64,000 nt of DNA, taken from Octopus vulgaris. Taxonomy: Eukaryota. The notes beneath the pieces were generated by a model. The model saw only the letters and a program-made list of their open reading frames with translations, did not search any database and was not told where the DNA came from. Numbering within the stretch: the stretch's first letter is position 1; each line of letters starts with the position of its first letter. Both the position numbers and the translations under genes were made by a program. The stretch covers positions 13,702,001 to 13,766,000 of the forward strand of contig OX597823.1 in the NCBI GenBank assembly GCA_951406725.2. Reading direction: 5' to 3'. Positions 17,393 through 32,674 of the stretch are shown one piece after another.

Positions 17393-17624
17393 TTAGCCAG
17401 ATATGTAAATATCTATAACTAAATACTCCGAAGAATCTATTCTAGCAGGCAACTGATTTTAGCATAGAAACGTTCTTAATGTTTGCGTGTTTGCTTCTAT
17501 GCATGCATTTACGCACTTATACATGTGCACATGACACATATAAATATAACTGTATGTATGTATATATTTGCATGTGTACATATGTGCGCTATCATTATAT
17601 TAGGGAAGCTATATGGTCTGATTC

Positions 17625-18019
17625 GGAGGCGCAATGGCGCAATGGCCCAGTGGTTAGGGCAGCGGACTCGCGGTCATAGGATCGCGGTTTCGATTCCCAG
17701 ACCGGGCGTTGTGAGTGTTTATTGAGCGAAAACACCTAAAGCTCCACGAGGCTCCGGCAGGGGATGGTGGTGATCCCTGCTGTACTCTTTCACCACAACT
17801 TTCTCTCACTCTTACTTCCTGTTTCTGTTGTACCTGTATTTCAAAGATCCGGCCTTGTCACTTTCTGTGTCACGCTGAATATCCCCGACAACTACGTTAA
17901 GGGTGCACGTGTCTGTGGAGTGCTCAGCCACTTACACGTTAATTTCACGAGCAGGCTGTTCCGTTGATTCGGATCAACCGGAACCCTCATCGTCGTAACC
18001 GACGGAGTGCTTCCCACCC
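17625..18019 (+). mobile_element. SINE family A (tail type A), full length
   Basis: A box tggcccagtgg, B box gtttcgattcc; TSD atggtctgatt. Confidence 0.92.
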
Positions 18020-19699
18020 ATGGTCTGATTTATCTATATGTATTCATATGTATATTTGCATGTCTACACGTCTGTATCTGCTCTCTTTACATGCTTAAAT
18101 GTCTGGAATGTTTAACATTTTTTCACAGCACCTATAAAAGTTTGTAACTGCAATTTCTATTTTCATATTAACCATGCTCTATAGTATGGCGATAACTATT
18201 AATTTCCAGTAACGCTGCCGTAATCTTCTTTAGAGAGACTTAGTAATTTTAATATTTCCATACATACTCTATTTGTTTGTTATTTGTTAGTTTATTATAT
18301 TGTCATCTCTTCAAGATTGGGTCTGAGACAATTAGTTACATAACTAAACTAATAATCTAGTTGGAGAAAATGCAAATTTCTCATAGTTCAGTATATGTTT
18401 TCCTTTCTTTTCTCTAATCTTTTACATTACATTTATATCTGCTGGGCGACTTATTTTCACAACAACACATAATTTCTTTCCTTGTCCTCAATTATTATGT
18501 CTGATTCCATTTGCTTGCAGTTTACTGAGATCTTCGTAGGAACATTTTCCAATTTCATTTCAGAAGTGATTATAACCTCTGTAAGTTTTTATATTTATAG
18601 CCACGGGATTATCTTTTCATCTGTTGCACCATGTTATATTAAGATACTGACTTGAATGTATATAACGAGATCACAGCTGTTGATGATGTGGGTGATACTT
18701 TCAGTGCTAACGCCACATAATCTGTTTCAGTTAAAGCACAAAATGGATTACCTACATATTTACTCCTTCCAACGATCAAGCATTTCATTACAAATTTTTC
18801 ATCTTCGAACTAATGAACTATATAAGAAAATTCTACTTTGTTTTACTGATCATCCCCTTAAACAAGGACAGGTAAAACAACATGGATGAGTCATAACTTC
18901 AGAATACAAATATACACAACTAGATACAATAACTAGATACGTTCTAGCGATTTTTGCACCTTACCGTTTTATCAAATAAGTATTTCTTACAAAGGTGGGG
19001 AGATAATAAATTCTGGAGAAAGAGAAAGCTAAAGAGTTCGTTTAATATTAAATTATCATTTCATTTTATCGATCGAGACCTAAACGGTGAATCACTTGTG
19101 CCTGCCACATCACGATTAGAACATAGTTCCCAAAGAGTTAACTACAAACCTAATAGATTTTCTCGGATACGCTACCGATACGGCTGTTAATCGTTCTTCT
19201 GATAATACTTTCTAACACAGACCACAAATTTCTAACACAAGGCCACAAATTATGGACGAAAATTTATGGTGGGTTATAAAAAAACAAAGTCTACCTCGGC
19301 GAGATTTAAACTCAGAACATAAAAGGACGTAATTAATTACTCCAACACATATCTTAGCAGAGGTCTAACGATTCTGCGATCACGCGTCGTGCCCTTGCCA
19401 TAAAAATGCAAATAATAACAGGTGATATTGTGACAAAAAACACCAACATCGTAGTACATAATTTTTGGTATATAAAAATATGATCGAATCAGATGCAATA
19501 GGTGAAAGCTGGATGTATTGATATTTCATATCGATAGATTTTGGTAGGATATAAAATCAATAATCTTATGAGGCGAATACATGATCGTTCTGTATTTCTC
19601 CAGCAGTCTCTAACGTACACTTCATTTAGCTTCACTTCAAAAACCTACATCTCAAATTCTACACACAAACACACAAACATATTTACAATACATACATAA

Positions 19700-20055
19700 T
19701 ATATTAATATACTGGAAACTTTCGCATAGGTAATATATTGAATTCAAATACTCAAAAGCTATACATTTATGTGTGTGTGTGTGTATGCATGTATATGCAA
19801 GGAGATAGTTATATGCATACACATGCGTATATACGCATATGTATAATATATATATATATGTACACATAAATACGTATATAAATATATATGCGTACATATA
19901 CACGCGTATAAATATGTATGTATATGTATATAAACATATACGTGTCTAAGTTAACTGTTTTTTAGCTTAAGTGTATGAATGTATATTTCTGTATGTATAT
20001 ATGCATGCATGTATGTATGTATGTATGTATGTATGTATGTATGTATGTATGTATG

Positions 20056-20086
<31 letters not shown>

Positions 20087-20143
20087 AAATGCATGCATAC
20101 ATGTATGGATAGATGGAAGGATGGATGGATGGACTGATGGACT

Positions 20144-20176
<33 letters not shown>

Positions 20177-20739
20177 ATGGATGGATAGATGGATGGATGG
20201 ATGGATGGATGTGTGCCTGCATATATACTTCCAGCTATGTGTACGTATATAGGCATTTATGCATAAAGTCATATATGTATATCTATGTTCCTACATGTAT
20301 GCGCATGTGTATTTCTGTGTGCATGTGTGTCTACATGTTTATATGTTTCAGTTATATGTGTATTTATATATAGAGATAGATATATACATATATACATATA
20401 TATATATAGATTGATATAGATATAGATATATATACATATATATACATATATATGTAGACATAGCTATGCCTATATGTGTATATATATATATATACATACA
20501 TGCACACATACATACATACACACACATACATACATACATACATACATATATAGAGAAACGTGCACACAGACACATGCACACATACATATATATACTTGTG
20601 TATATGCATGCATACACACACGTACACACATTCATACATACATATATATTTGTATATACATGCATACACATACACACACAGATATTTATTTATGTGTGTG
20701 TGTGTGTGTGAGTCCATATTAATATATATATATACATAT

Positions 20740-20787
<48 letters not shown>

Positions 20788-20788
20788 A

Positions 20789-20831
<43 letters not shown>

Positions 20832-20900
20832 AGTATATGTATGAGTGTATATATATGTGTGTGTATATATATATATGCACACACACCCACACACATATTT
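19700..20900. repeat. Long compound TA/CA/ATGT/GATG simple-repeat field
   Basis: Direct reading. Confidence 0.93.
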
Positions 20901-22159
20901 GCCCTTGTGACTCATGACAGTTGCTACATTTAACTTCAGCTGAATTGTTGAACATCAATATTCTCAACAGATTTGCAAAAACCTAGTGATAATGTTTTTG
21001 TTTTTGTTTTTTGTTGTTTTTTGTTTTTTCTGTATGTGTTTCTTGTTTTTTTTTTCTTTTCATCTTTTATATTATTTGTATTTTTATTTTATTTTCCAGA
21101 AACTTCTGCTGCATATATAGCAAAATGAATTCATACTACTTTTCTGCCCACATTTTATATATTTTCAGATTTGTCTTCCTTGAAAATCCCAGCAGAAACT
21201 CATTAAAGACTCGCCAGAAACATGTTTTTTTGGGGTTTTTTTTTTTGCTGATTCTGTTAAAAGATCAATCAAGTTTTGAATCTAATTCTTTCTTTTTTTT
21301 TTCTTTATATATTTCTCGATTTTTCACATATTTTTATCCGTATTTTTTTATAATTTTTATTTTGGTATTTTTACATTTCATATGAAGTGATATTCTTTCT
21401 TGCAAGTTTCTCATATTTAGCATTTCCTCGACTTTTTTTCTCTCCTTGCTACTCTCTCTCTTTCTCTCTTTATCTTCTTTCTTTCTTACTCTCTCTCTCT
21501 CTCTCTTTATCTTCTTTCTTTCTTACTCTCTCGCTCTCACTCTCCCTCTCACACACACACTCTCTCTATCTATCTATCTATCTATCTCTGAGGTACTATG
21601 TGGTACACTTGTACTCAAAAGCATATACACCTATACACCTACACAATTATAGACTGCATCTCATTATTTCCCGCCTAAATGAATCTCTGTTTTTCTTCAT
21701 CGCCGCCTATCATTTAAAAAAAATAAAGCAGTAGCTTGTTACGTGTAAAATACAACATTCTTCCATAAGACGTGTCCATTGCCATTTTTCATTCGCAATG
21801 ACAAATGCAGAATTTATCTCAGCTCGACGTGGAGTAACAGAAGCCAAACCAGTATCTGGAGTGAAATACACGTATCTTCATTGATTATTGAGGGCAAAAT
21901 GGGGCTGAGTCCATCGTTATTTGCAGATTCTCTCACTTTGGTGTTATCTTTGCCTAGCCCGAGTATCTGTAGGTTAATATACACAAGAAAATGTCGGCGG
22001 GGAGCAAAAGTGTGGTCTGGTTCAAATGTAATTGTGTGAATTCAGCTAAAGAAAAACTACAAAATAGTAAGTTGTTAAACTGGGAATTATATTACATCTA
22101 CAACACAACTTATGAGAAAGTTAGTAATAAACTAATCGCAAGACAGAGTGAGGAGTATC

Positions 22160-22500
22160 CCGTAATCAAAGCCATGACGGAGATGGGGCGAATTGCCTCT
22201 ATCGAGGCAGATTTTTCTTATTTTCTTTTTGATATAATTTGTCGCGCTGGACAGAACAAGCTGAGGACTCCATCATGGAAAGGTCTATATTCCAGAACAA
22301 ATAGATACGCCCAAGTGTGACATAGCAGCAGTTAGAAGGGAAGAGGTCTACATCTGTTAAGATCAGAGACAAAATGTGGGTGAAACCACCAAATGCTCGG
22401 TGCACAACTCAGTGGGAGAAAAGGAGGGTGACTGCAGTTAACACTTGGAATAGCATATATCTGTGGACGAAAGGCCGCGTCAGATCTGATGACGAACAAG
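22160..22500 (+). mobile_element. Gypsy-type LTR retrotransposon integrase C-terminal remnant
   Basis: IKAM...; VKIRDKMWVKPPNARCTTQWEKRRVTAVN...SVDERPR resembles the invertebrate Gypsy integrase tail (WVKPP.ARCT..W...VDG.PRH), recognised from memory. Confidence 0.6.
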
Positions 22501-22959
22501 AGGGAGAGGTCAAACTCGTGATCTTACGAAGGTCGCAAAGAGAGCATTGCCCAACCACATAGGTACTTGATGACTTTGCAATGGAATAAAAGAGCAGTGT
22601 GAAAGAATGATGAAGGGAGACGTCAGGACCAGAAGCGAGAGGAAGTGACGTCATTTCCAGAAGCAGGGCATTTGAATTGCGACTTCCTTCGTCAGGATGT
22701 TTAGAGAAACAGACGCATAGAGGGAATCTCAAAGGTTGAGTAGTTACTGGCCATAAATTGGGGTAGTAGTCGCGTGAAAATACGTCTAACGAGTTCTTCA
22801 GATCCTTGTGAAATGGGGCTGTGTACCCAGAGGTAAAAGCATTCGTATTTTGGTCCGTCTTTCTTTATAAAATGGCATTAGAGTAGCCAAGTCTTGAATG
22901 CACTAAAAATAGAAGAGAGAGAAAAATAGAATTCTTTTGTTCCACTGCTTCTATTTTTC

Positions 22960-23430
22960 TCTCTCTTCTCTTCCCAAGTAAGGTCAGACTGCTCGCTCTC
23001 CTTTTGGGTCTGACCGTGGTCCGTGCAACATCGATATTCTTCCCTGTGTTTGTGAAATTTTCGTGTCTCTGCCATAAGGCTTCATTTCCCCAGTCGAAAG
23101 ACACCTGTCGTTATGTCCTGTTATTATTATTTTTATTGTATTTATATTTGTGCAACATTGTCTGTTTTTCCGTCCTTGTTTTTGTATGCATTCGAAGCTT
23201 TCTTCCAAGGAATCTAATGCTCTTAGCTTAGTTCTTCCTTGGGGCTGGCCAGATTGGAGCAATCTCAAGATTAATCAGCCGAAATTGCGAGGATGATCTG
23301 GTTCTTGACTGAGAATAGAAACCTTCGAATGACCCGTCCTTGTTTTTTTGTATCGTCTATCTGGCTGTTTTGTTGTCCCTTTTTTACCATCTAGTTGTCC
23401 GGATGTTTTGCGTTCTTGTCCCATTTTATA
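22960..23430. repeat. Second copy of the unclassified repeat at 10790-11280 (inverted)
   Basis: Alignable by eye over ~470 bp; ends at (TA)n. Confidence 0.75.
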
Positions 23431-24299
23431 TTATATATATATATATATATATTATATACGTTTTTATTATTATTTTTTGCAATTTACTTAATCTTTGACA
23501 TTTTATTGTTATTTTAATTTTAATTTTTCTATTATATGTAATTTTCAAGATGATGTAATTTAATTGTTCATTTTGAATTGATAAAAGGTGTTTTTTTTTT
23601 TCTAATTCTTTATATATATATATTATATTGTGTGAAATTTGATTTAGTATTTCTAAATTGAATTTTTTTCCTTGTAAGTTTGGACTTTATTCCCTCAAAT
23701 AATAATTATATATATATAAATATCTTCCAAACTTTTTGTTATTCTAATATTCTCAAAGAAAATGTATAGTCAGTAGACAAGACTTGTCTTGCAGGAGTCA
23801 TTATTATTGTAATAAATACATGTAATAACTTCCTGACCTTTTCACACAACAATTACTTAGATGCTGAGTCAAGAAAAGACAAGTATCAAATAGTTTATTC
23901 ATGTCTAGATCTTTCAATAATTAATTTCTGATGGTAGAGACAGAAAGATGATACTTTCATTACGATTCCTCACTCACTTCGTTCTGTGAAGAAACATCAA
24001 ACCAAGCGACTTGATAACGACATCACAAAATATTTCCGAATTAAGCATCGTTCGGTTAATCGAAGTGAAATATAGCTGATTTCTTTCATCACAAAAATAA
24101 ACTTTTATTTATTTAACTAATTATTTATTTAGCTTTGTTTCGACTGCAAGAATTTGCTTGAGCAAGGCATCATCAGGGTCTTCAAAACTGGTGCTTTGAA
24201 TCGGGGAGGGTAGATGTGAAGGCAGTTGTTATGGTGCAGAGTTGGTTACTGTCAAGTTTGTAACTTATTTAGCATGTATTCATTATTTATATTATTTAC

Positions 24300-24489
24300 A
24301 TTATTTATATTCGATAGATATTTGTCTTCATTTTGTTTGTTGTTAACACAATGTTTCGGCTGATAAGCCCTCCAGCCGTCTGATATACTTTCCAGCCATC
24401 ATGAGATGTCTTGGGGAAATTTCGAACCTAGGTTCTCATTCCTAAGGTATTTTTCGATATTATTATTATTATTATTTATTTATTTATTA

Positions 24490-24561
<72 letters not shown>

Positions 24562-24620
24562 GTATGCCACGGGCATATGCCGTAGTAGTTCAGAGCGCGG
24601 GTCACTAACCCCAAGATCTG
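24300..24620 (-). mobile_element. tRNA-head/hammerhead element family (as 58343-58674), degraded, head inverted
   Basis: 24320-24460 matches 58360-58480; tRNA-like head gggcatatgccgtagtagttcagagcgcgg on + at 24571. Confidence 0.75.
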
Positions 24621-24640
24621 AAATAGGAAAGGGGACATTA

Positions 24641-25908
24641 TATTGGGTGATCCCATGACAAAAATGTGGTTTTTGATACTTCTCTTAATTTTTCAAAATT
24701 AAGATAAACAAAATTATCTTTTAATCTAAAATATACTCTACTTCATTTTCTACAATGTTCTTTCGTCTATCTTGTAGACTTTCAAGGCCTCTCTTCCAAA
24801 ATTCACATGTCTGTGACGAAAATTACTCCTCCAGTACTGTTTTGACTTCGTCTACAGAATTCATATTTTTTCCGTTCAAATGATTTTGAAGACTGCAGAA
24901 TAAATGATAATCAGATGAAGCAATGTCCGGCGAATATGGTTGGTGGGGCATCATTTCCCATCCAAACTGCTCCAGCCTTTCGAATGTCATCCTCGCTGTA
25001 TGTGGCCGAGCATTATCCGGATGGAAGAACACTTTTCGTCTTGAAACCAAAGATGGTCATTTTCCTTCTAGCATTGACTTAAGCTGCTCAAGCTGCTCGC
25101 AGTAGATCTCCTTTGTTATCGCTTGGTTTGGGTTTAAAAGTCCAAAATGGACTAAACTTTTCATATTCCATCAAACAGATAGTAGCACCATATGTGGGTG
25201 AGGACCTTCTTTAGCCTGGTATGCCGGTGTTTCTCATTTCCCTACCCACTGTCTTCGGAGCTTGACATTTTTATAGAGAACCTATTTCTCGTCACCAGTT
25301 CTATTCGGTCCAAAATAGATTCATTCATGAGACGACAGAGTAAAGAAGAGCGCGGTTAGACTCGGACGTTTGTGAGGAACCCATTGACCCAATCTGCTGA
25401 TTGTTTCGACGGCACGCGTGTGCCGATGAATGGTTGAATGACCAAATCCAAGCTTCTCTACTAGTTCCTCTACAGTTACGATGAGATTTCGTTCCATCAG
25501 GGTTTGCAGGATGTCTTCGTCGAGCTCTACAGATCTAGAACGAGGCTCGTCTTCTAGGCTAAGTTTCCGACTCAGAATTTCTGGAACCACCGTTGACACT
25601 GGCTTGCGCTTATTGTCCAATCCCCATATACTGCATTAATATTCCTCGCACGTTCCGTTGTGTATTTGCATTTATTGAACTCTTAAAACAAAATATGCTA
25701 AATATGTTCCTTTATCACTTCCATTATAGCTTTGAAAATATGTCTGTCAAAATCGAACTGCACTCTTCAAAACTTGCACTAAGAATAAGTACAAGGTAAA
25801 ATTAATACCTGCTTTTATAGCAAGTTGATGCAGATAGTTTATGCCATCCTCCTCCAACTTTTAGTTATACAATTGAAAAAACCGCCTAATTTATGGGATG
25901 ACCTAATA
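24641..25908 (-). mobile_element. Full-length decayed mariner (DD34D) transposon
   Basis: Imperfect TIRs tattgggtgatcccat... / ...atgggatgacctaata with flanking TA; WVPH, TGDEK, FHPDNARPH, PYSPDIASSDYHLF; frameshifts. Confidence 0.93.
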
Positions 25909-26166
25909 TAATGTAATCCGACATTACCTTAGAAGAAATCTGCTACATTTAAACTCGTCGCAGTTAAACAACAATATATAATAAACAATGAACGAATTTC
26001 AGTAGAAAATTTCTATCATGTAATAAAATTTTATAGACAGTAGACTACTTCAAGGATAAGTAATCTGTTCATAACTTGTTTACTCGGTAGCAGTTTTTTT
26101 TTAATGTACATACCTGAAAATATCGTAGAATTTGGTACAAGTAATTGTTCTACCGTTTAAGGATTA

Positions 26167-26557
26167 TGGAATGGAATGGAAGCACTCCGTCGGTTACGAC
26201 GACGAGGGTTCCGGTTGATCCGACCAACGGAACAGCCTGCTCATGAAATTACCGTGTAAGTGGCTGAGCACTTCACAGACACGTGTACCCTTAACGTAGT
26301 TCTCGGGGATATTCAGCGTGACACAGAGAGTGACAAGGCCGGCCCTTTGAAATACAGGTACAACAGAAACAGTAAGAAAGAGTGAGAGAAAGTTGTGGCG
26401 AAAGAGTACAGCAGAGATCACCACCATCCCCTACCGGAGCCTCGTGGAGCTTTAGGTGTTTTCGCTCAATAAACACTCACAACGCCCGGTCTGGGAATCG
26501 AAACCGCGATCCTACGACCGCGAGTCCGATGCCCTAACCACTGGGCCATTGCGCCTC
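26167..26557 (-). mobile_element. SINE family A (tail A)
   Basis: TSD ccgtttaaggatta; (ttcca)n tail. Confidence 0.92.
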
Positions 26558-26994
26558 CCGTTTAAGGATTAATCTTTAGGATGGCCAGGTAGTATCGTTA
26601 TTGATATTCCTAAGATTTTCTGCGGTTTTGCATCTTTCATCCTCATGTCTTCTTCTCCACTATCCCTAATCAAATGTTAATATAATTTCGGTTTTGGCCC
26701 GCAGCAGCAACAAGCCATATATCTGCCCATGTAACGGCAAAATGGCTTTTCCGGCAAATTTGCTGAACCAAACATTCCATTCTCCGTTTGAAGTTTGCAA
26801 ATCGCCAGCATTCAACTTTTGACTTGTAGAGAGTTTACCTTCCTCGGCTTCTGCCCTTTCTCTTATCAACCCGTTCCATGTGTTTTGTGCAAGGATACAG
26901 TCAACTCCTACACAATCTACTTTTGGCTAAAATACTGAAACATCATATGTCCGGGAAAATTGTTGATAAGTTTATATGCGCCCGTTAAAGATTC

Positions 26995-27390
26995 TTTCTT
27001 TTCTACTCTAGGCACAAGGCCAGAAAATTTTTGGGAGAGGGCCAGTTGATTAGATCGATCCAAGCACGCAACTGGTACTTAATTTATCGACCCCGAGCGA
27101 ATGAAAGGCAACGCCGGCCTCGGCGGTAGTTGAACTCAGAACGTAAAGACATACGAAATACCTTTTCTTTACTACACACAAGGGGCTAAACAGAGAGGAC
27201 AAACAAGGAGAGACAAACAGATTAAGTCGATTACATCGACCCCAGTGCGTAACTGGTACTTAATTTATCGACCCTGAAAGGATGAAAGGGAAAGTCGACC
27301 TCGGCGGAATTTGAACTCAGAACGTAACGGCAGACGAAATACGACTACGCATTTCGCCCTGCGTGCTAATGTTTCTGCCAGCTCGCCGCT
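26995..27390 (-). mobile_element. SINE family B dimeric form
   Basis: Reverse complement of the 13267-13664 architecture. Confidence 0.88.
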
Positions 27391-28108
27391 TTAAATATGC
27401 ATATATTAAACTTCGCTGTGTCCAGACAACTCTGTGGCTAAAACACAGAGCTAATCTGCACAAACACTGTTTCAGTACTTTTAACTATTTAATACTTCCT
27501 GCCAGCGAGTGTAGGGCGACGTGAAATCAAAATCGGACGAGGATTCAAGAACGGTAATTTTCAGCGGATACTCGAGAAGACGGATTAGTTACTAATATAA
27601 GAACTTCTTAATTGCCTCTTCTAACGATATAATTGATAAGCCGGGATCTAAATAGAATACTGCGTTCTTTCACTGTTGTTTGAAGGAGAAACTTTCGTAC
27701 ATCTCAGCACACAGCTCTCACAACTCAGAAGGAGGCACAGAAAAATTAATTGGCTCGCACCAATATCTATAAGCAATTGCTACACCTTATGAGGATTTTC
27801 CGATAAATCAGAGATATAGAATGACATTTAATAAGGACTGGGTAAAAATTAGCTACATCTATACTTGAAGTATAAAAATAATTTAGCATAAATAAGCCAC
27901 TCAGACATAGTGCTCAAAATATTTCGTGTAAGAAAACTGGGACCTTTTATTTTGCACCTGTTATTCAAGGAGATACCGAAGCAATTATAAGTATACTTGT
28001 GTCAAGAATGAATCAAGGAGCATCGCACAAACACGCTTGGGAAGGAAAATTCAAGCAAAGAATATATTAAACAATAACACAATTTCAAATAAATTTACAG
28101 GTGGATAT

Positions 28109-28494
28109 TTGGAAGCACTCCGTCGGTTACGATGACGAGGGTTCCGGTTGATCCGAATCAACGCAACAGCCTGCTCGTGAAATTAACGTGCAAGTGGCTG
28201 AGCACTCCACAGACACGTGCACCCTTAACGTAGTTCTCGGGGATATTCAGCGTGACACAGAGAGTGACAAGGCCGGCCCCTTGAAATACAGGTACAACAG
28301 AAACAGGAAGTAAGAGTGAGAGAAAGTTGTGGTGAAAGAGTACAGCAGGGATCACCACCGTCCCCTGCCGGAGCCTCGTGGAGCTTTAGGTGTTTTCGCT
28401 CAATAAACACTCACAACACCCGGTCTGGGAATCGAAACCGCGATCCTATGACCGCAAGTCCGCTGCCCTAACCAGTGGGCCATTGCGCCTCCAC
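28109..28494 (-). mobile_element. SINE family A (tail A)
   Basis: TSD acaggtggatat. Confidence 0.92.
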
Positions 28495-28866
28495 ACAGGT
28501 GGATATATATGACACTGGTTAAATAGATTCAGAAGATATGAGAACTCAAAACTGCTTGCCGTAACTAGTTAGGGGTTCAAGGAAGATGCAGAGAGGAACC
28601 AAAATATTAAAGTTACACAATAATGAATGCGCAGTGACTGGTTAGGTTTTAAAAAAGTGTGATGACTGCCTAAACACTATAAAGCTCACCCCGTGACCAA
28701 TTCAAGTTAGCCTGGTAAAGAATATCCCCCACCCACACCCACACACAAAACATAATTAATACCTACATTTGAAATAACAACATATGAATTCTTACCGGAC
28801 TTTACACATCATGGACAAGACGACTCTTTACCCATTCTACACAACACATTTCTTGGATAGCGGCAC

Positions 28867-29100
28867 ATCGATCCCAGCGCGCAAATGGTACTTAATTTAT
28901 CGACCCCGAACGAATGAACGGCAAAGTCGACCTCGGCGGTAGTTGAACTCAGACGAAATACCTTTACCTTTTCTTTACTACCCACAAGGGGCTAAACAGA
29001 GAGGGGACAAACAAGGTGAGACAAACAGATTAAGTCGATTACATCGACCCCAGTGCGTAACTGGTACTTGATTTATCGACCCTGAAAGGATGAAAGGCAA
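28867..29100 (-). mobile_element. SINE family B fragment
   Basis: Partial match, very similar to 27060-27290. Confidence 0.8.
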
Positions 29101-29236
29101 CATGTATTTTTATTTTAATATATTCCTTTTATATTTTCTGCATTATATCTAATTTCTTGTATATCTCTCCCTCTCCGGAATAACTTCTTAAAGAAATGAA
29201 CTCTACTAATTCCCTCTATTGAAACTCTTGTAAATC

Positions 29237-29284
29237 GTCCCTGATGATGGGATATCATTTATTTCTCTGAAACAGCTGTAAGAC
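29237..29284 (+). ncRNA. Minimal type I hammerhead motif (Penelope-type)
   Basis: gtcc-CTGATGA-...-GAAAC-agct-GTA-agac; palindromic AGCT loop; one stem I mismatch; paralogue at 39218. Confidence 0.7.
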
Positions 29285-29449
29285 CATGTTCCTTTTCATA
29301 AATATCCTAAGAATAACAAACTACCATCATCTTATTATTTTATTTAACATATACACGCTCACACATGACCTGCCTTAAAATCCTCACTCATGCTATTAGT
29401 GAGCCAGGAGCTTAACAGCGGTCCTTCCGTGACGCTTACATAGCCTTAC

Positions 29450-29522
<73 letters not shown>

Positions 29523-29579
29523 GTGTGTGAGTTTGTAAATAGTAAGGGCTTGCCTCAAAACGTGTAGGTTTGTGTAAAG

Positions 29580-29623
<44 letters not shown>

Positions 29624-29624
29624 C

Positions 29625-29655
<31 letters not shown>

Positions 29656-29711
29656 CATATATATGTATATATGAATGTATATATATATATATATATGTGT
29701 ATATATAAATA

Positions 29712-29756
<45 letters not shown>

Positions 29757-30330
29757 ATATATGTATATATGTTGATATTTAAATTGCGAATAGCCACCTT
29801 AATAATTTATGTACATATATATATATGTTATCTATGAGACAAATTTGCCATATCAATTACTTCACAAATTTCACATCTCAATCACATGACGTACAACCTG
29901 TTCGTCTACACCACACTTCATTGTTGATCACCTTACTCATACAAATATGCAAATACATTAACAAGAATATGCAAATAAATAAACAGTAACTGAGAACATA
30001 AAAATACTTTGAGGAAAACCAATACAAAATCGTTGTTTCATACTCATACGCAATTTCACATGTGGAAAACATCGTGACTTTAATATCGAACAGCAAATTG
30101 CATCTGACAGAATGTCACATTTTCCAGAAATTAGTCTCGTCTACATTTTGATAATTATTTTTTGTTTGTTTACTTTTTCCATTGAAAATGCACAATAAAT
30201 CTACTGAAGAAAAAAAAAATTAGGAGAAAACTTTGTCCCTTTTGTTCAAAGTTCCGCTATCTCCGCAATATTTTCCAAGCCTGTTTGCTGTTATTCTGAT
30301 CAAACGCCGTTGCAAGATTTGCTTCAGGAA

Positions 30331-30633
30331 CTGTTGTTTGTTCCTTCTCGAGCCTCGCCTGGCTCATAAGGGCCGGTTTCCCGGTTTCCTTGGCGTATAG
30401 GTTCCCCACCTAGAAGGGATGTCGGTCCGTCGCAGGTGGGCTGCAAGATGCAGGAGGAAAGAGTGAGAGAAAGTTGTGTGAGAGAAAGAGTCAGCAGAAG
30501 CTCGCCATTGCCTTCTGCCAGAGCCGCGTGGAGCTTAGGTGCTTCGCTCGTAAACACACACATTGCCCGGTCTGAGATTCGAACCCGTGATCCCTCTACC
30601 ACGAGTCCGCTGCTCTAACCACTAGGCCATGTG
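30331..30633 (-). mobile_element. SINE family A-related head with tail type C (V-domain-like)
   Basis: tRNA head followed by cctgcgacggaccgacatccc...ggaaaccgggaaaccggccc; related copy at 40625. Confidence 0.8.
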
Positions 30634-31804
30634 GTTTATATTCTATAAAGTAAAGTGAATCAACTCCTGCAAAGAATCGAAACCATTTCTGTTATTGGTT
30701 GCTTCTTTGCAGATTCATCCAATTTACCAGAAATTTCAATTCTAATTCATTACTGCAAAGTATGGAAGGAGAACGATTTTAAGGAAATGAACTTCACCAT
30801 AAAGCCAAGATTTTCAATATCAGGATGTAGAGGAGGATTTAATAGATTAAACAGTCATGAAATTCAGATAAGTTTGATTAATTAGCGCTGACTCTTAATT
30901 ATAATCTTAAAATTAATTGAACTGAATGTGTCATAATAATTCCCTTTAATAACATAATATATATCGGGAGCATTAGCAGCGGCATTTTATTGATGATGAG
31001 AGGAATATCAAAGATTATTGAGAGTAATGAGAAAGACGACGAAGGTTACAAAGACGATGATGATAATGATAATCATCATCATCATCATCATCGTCGTCGT
31101 CGTCGTCGTCATCGTCATCATCATCAGAAAAATACTAATGAGGACCATGCTGATTATTGTAACCTTCATCATTATTGTCATCATCAGCATCACCATTGTT
31201 TACATCATGTAAAGAGGTTTTCCATGCTGTCTCTCAACCAACTATAAAAAGAAACTGCGGAATTTCTCTCAAACCAGACGCTGAGAAGAACATTTAATGG
31301 TGTGTTTTCTAAATATTCTCTGCTGGAATATAAAATGTGATAGTCTCCCATAGAACGTCTGTCTTTGTACATTGCTTCTCTTTGGGTCGAACAGGAGATA
31401 AATAATATCGAGATACCACAAGAACTGCTGCTATTCAATTTACAACCGAATTCCACCGTTTGATGCGTTAATGAATTAATAAATAAATCAATTTTCACGG
31501 TGTAGTTATCCAATGTTTTACATAACTGCATCGTTCCTTGTTTAATAACATGGTGTGACCCAAGAGCAATCTTTTGTGCCAGAGACCCAAGGTTCCTTAA
31601 AATTTTGTTATTGTATTTTCCTAGACGGAAACTGAAGAGATGTTGTATTCGACATAAGGGTTCCATTGATGGATTAACTGCAACTAAGGGCAGGTCGAAT
31701 CATCTTTTTTTGAAGAAACACCTATACGCTGCAACATATATTAAGTACTTTTCGTCTCTTTTTTAGAACCAAAAGCGCGTATTTATATGTATATACAAGC
31801 ATTC

Positions 31805-31853
<49 letters not shown>

Positions 31854-31970
31854 AGAGACAGACAGGTACATACATACATACATACATACAAACATACATA
31901 CATACATACATACATGCATACATACATACAAACATACATACATACATACATACATACATACATACATACA

Positions 31971-32006
<36 letters not shown>

Positions 32007-32039
32007 TATATGTAAACGTGTGTGTATATACATATGTCC

Positions 32040-32671
<632 letters not shown>

Positions 32672-32674
<3 letters not shown>

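Noticed and set aside
17625-17705. tRNA genes at SINE heads
   Set aside because: Attached to repeat bodies with TSDs and lacking a complete cloverleaf or terminator.
17715-17967. Recurrent MFIERKHLK.../MVVIPAVLF... ORFs as a gene family
   Set aside because: Chance ORFs within the SINE family A consensus.
22640-22700. Minus-strand CTGACGAA...GAAA hammerhead candidate
   Set aside because: No matching stem I and stem III is unconvincing.
24130-24185. Minus-strand CTGATGA...GAAAC candidate
   Set aside because: No cleavage triplet or 3' stem I strand; at best a truncated remnant.
24641-25908. Domesticated or active transposase (also Tc1 at 55582-56855)
   Set aside because: Multiple stops and frameshifts.
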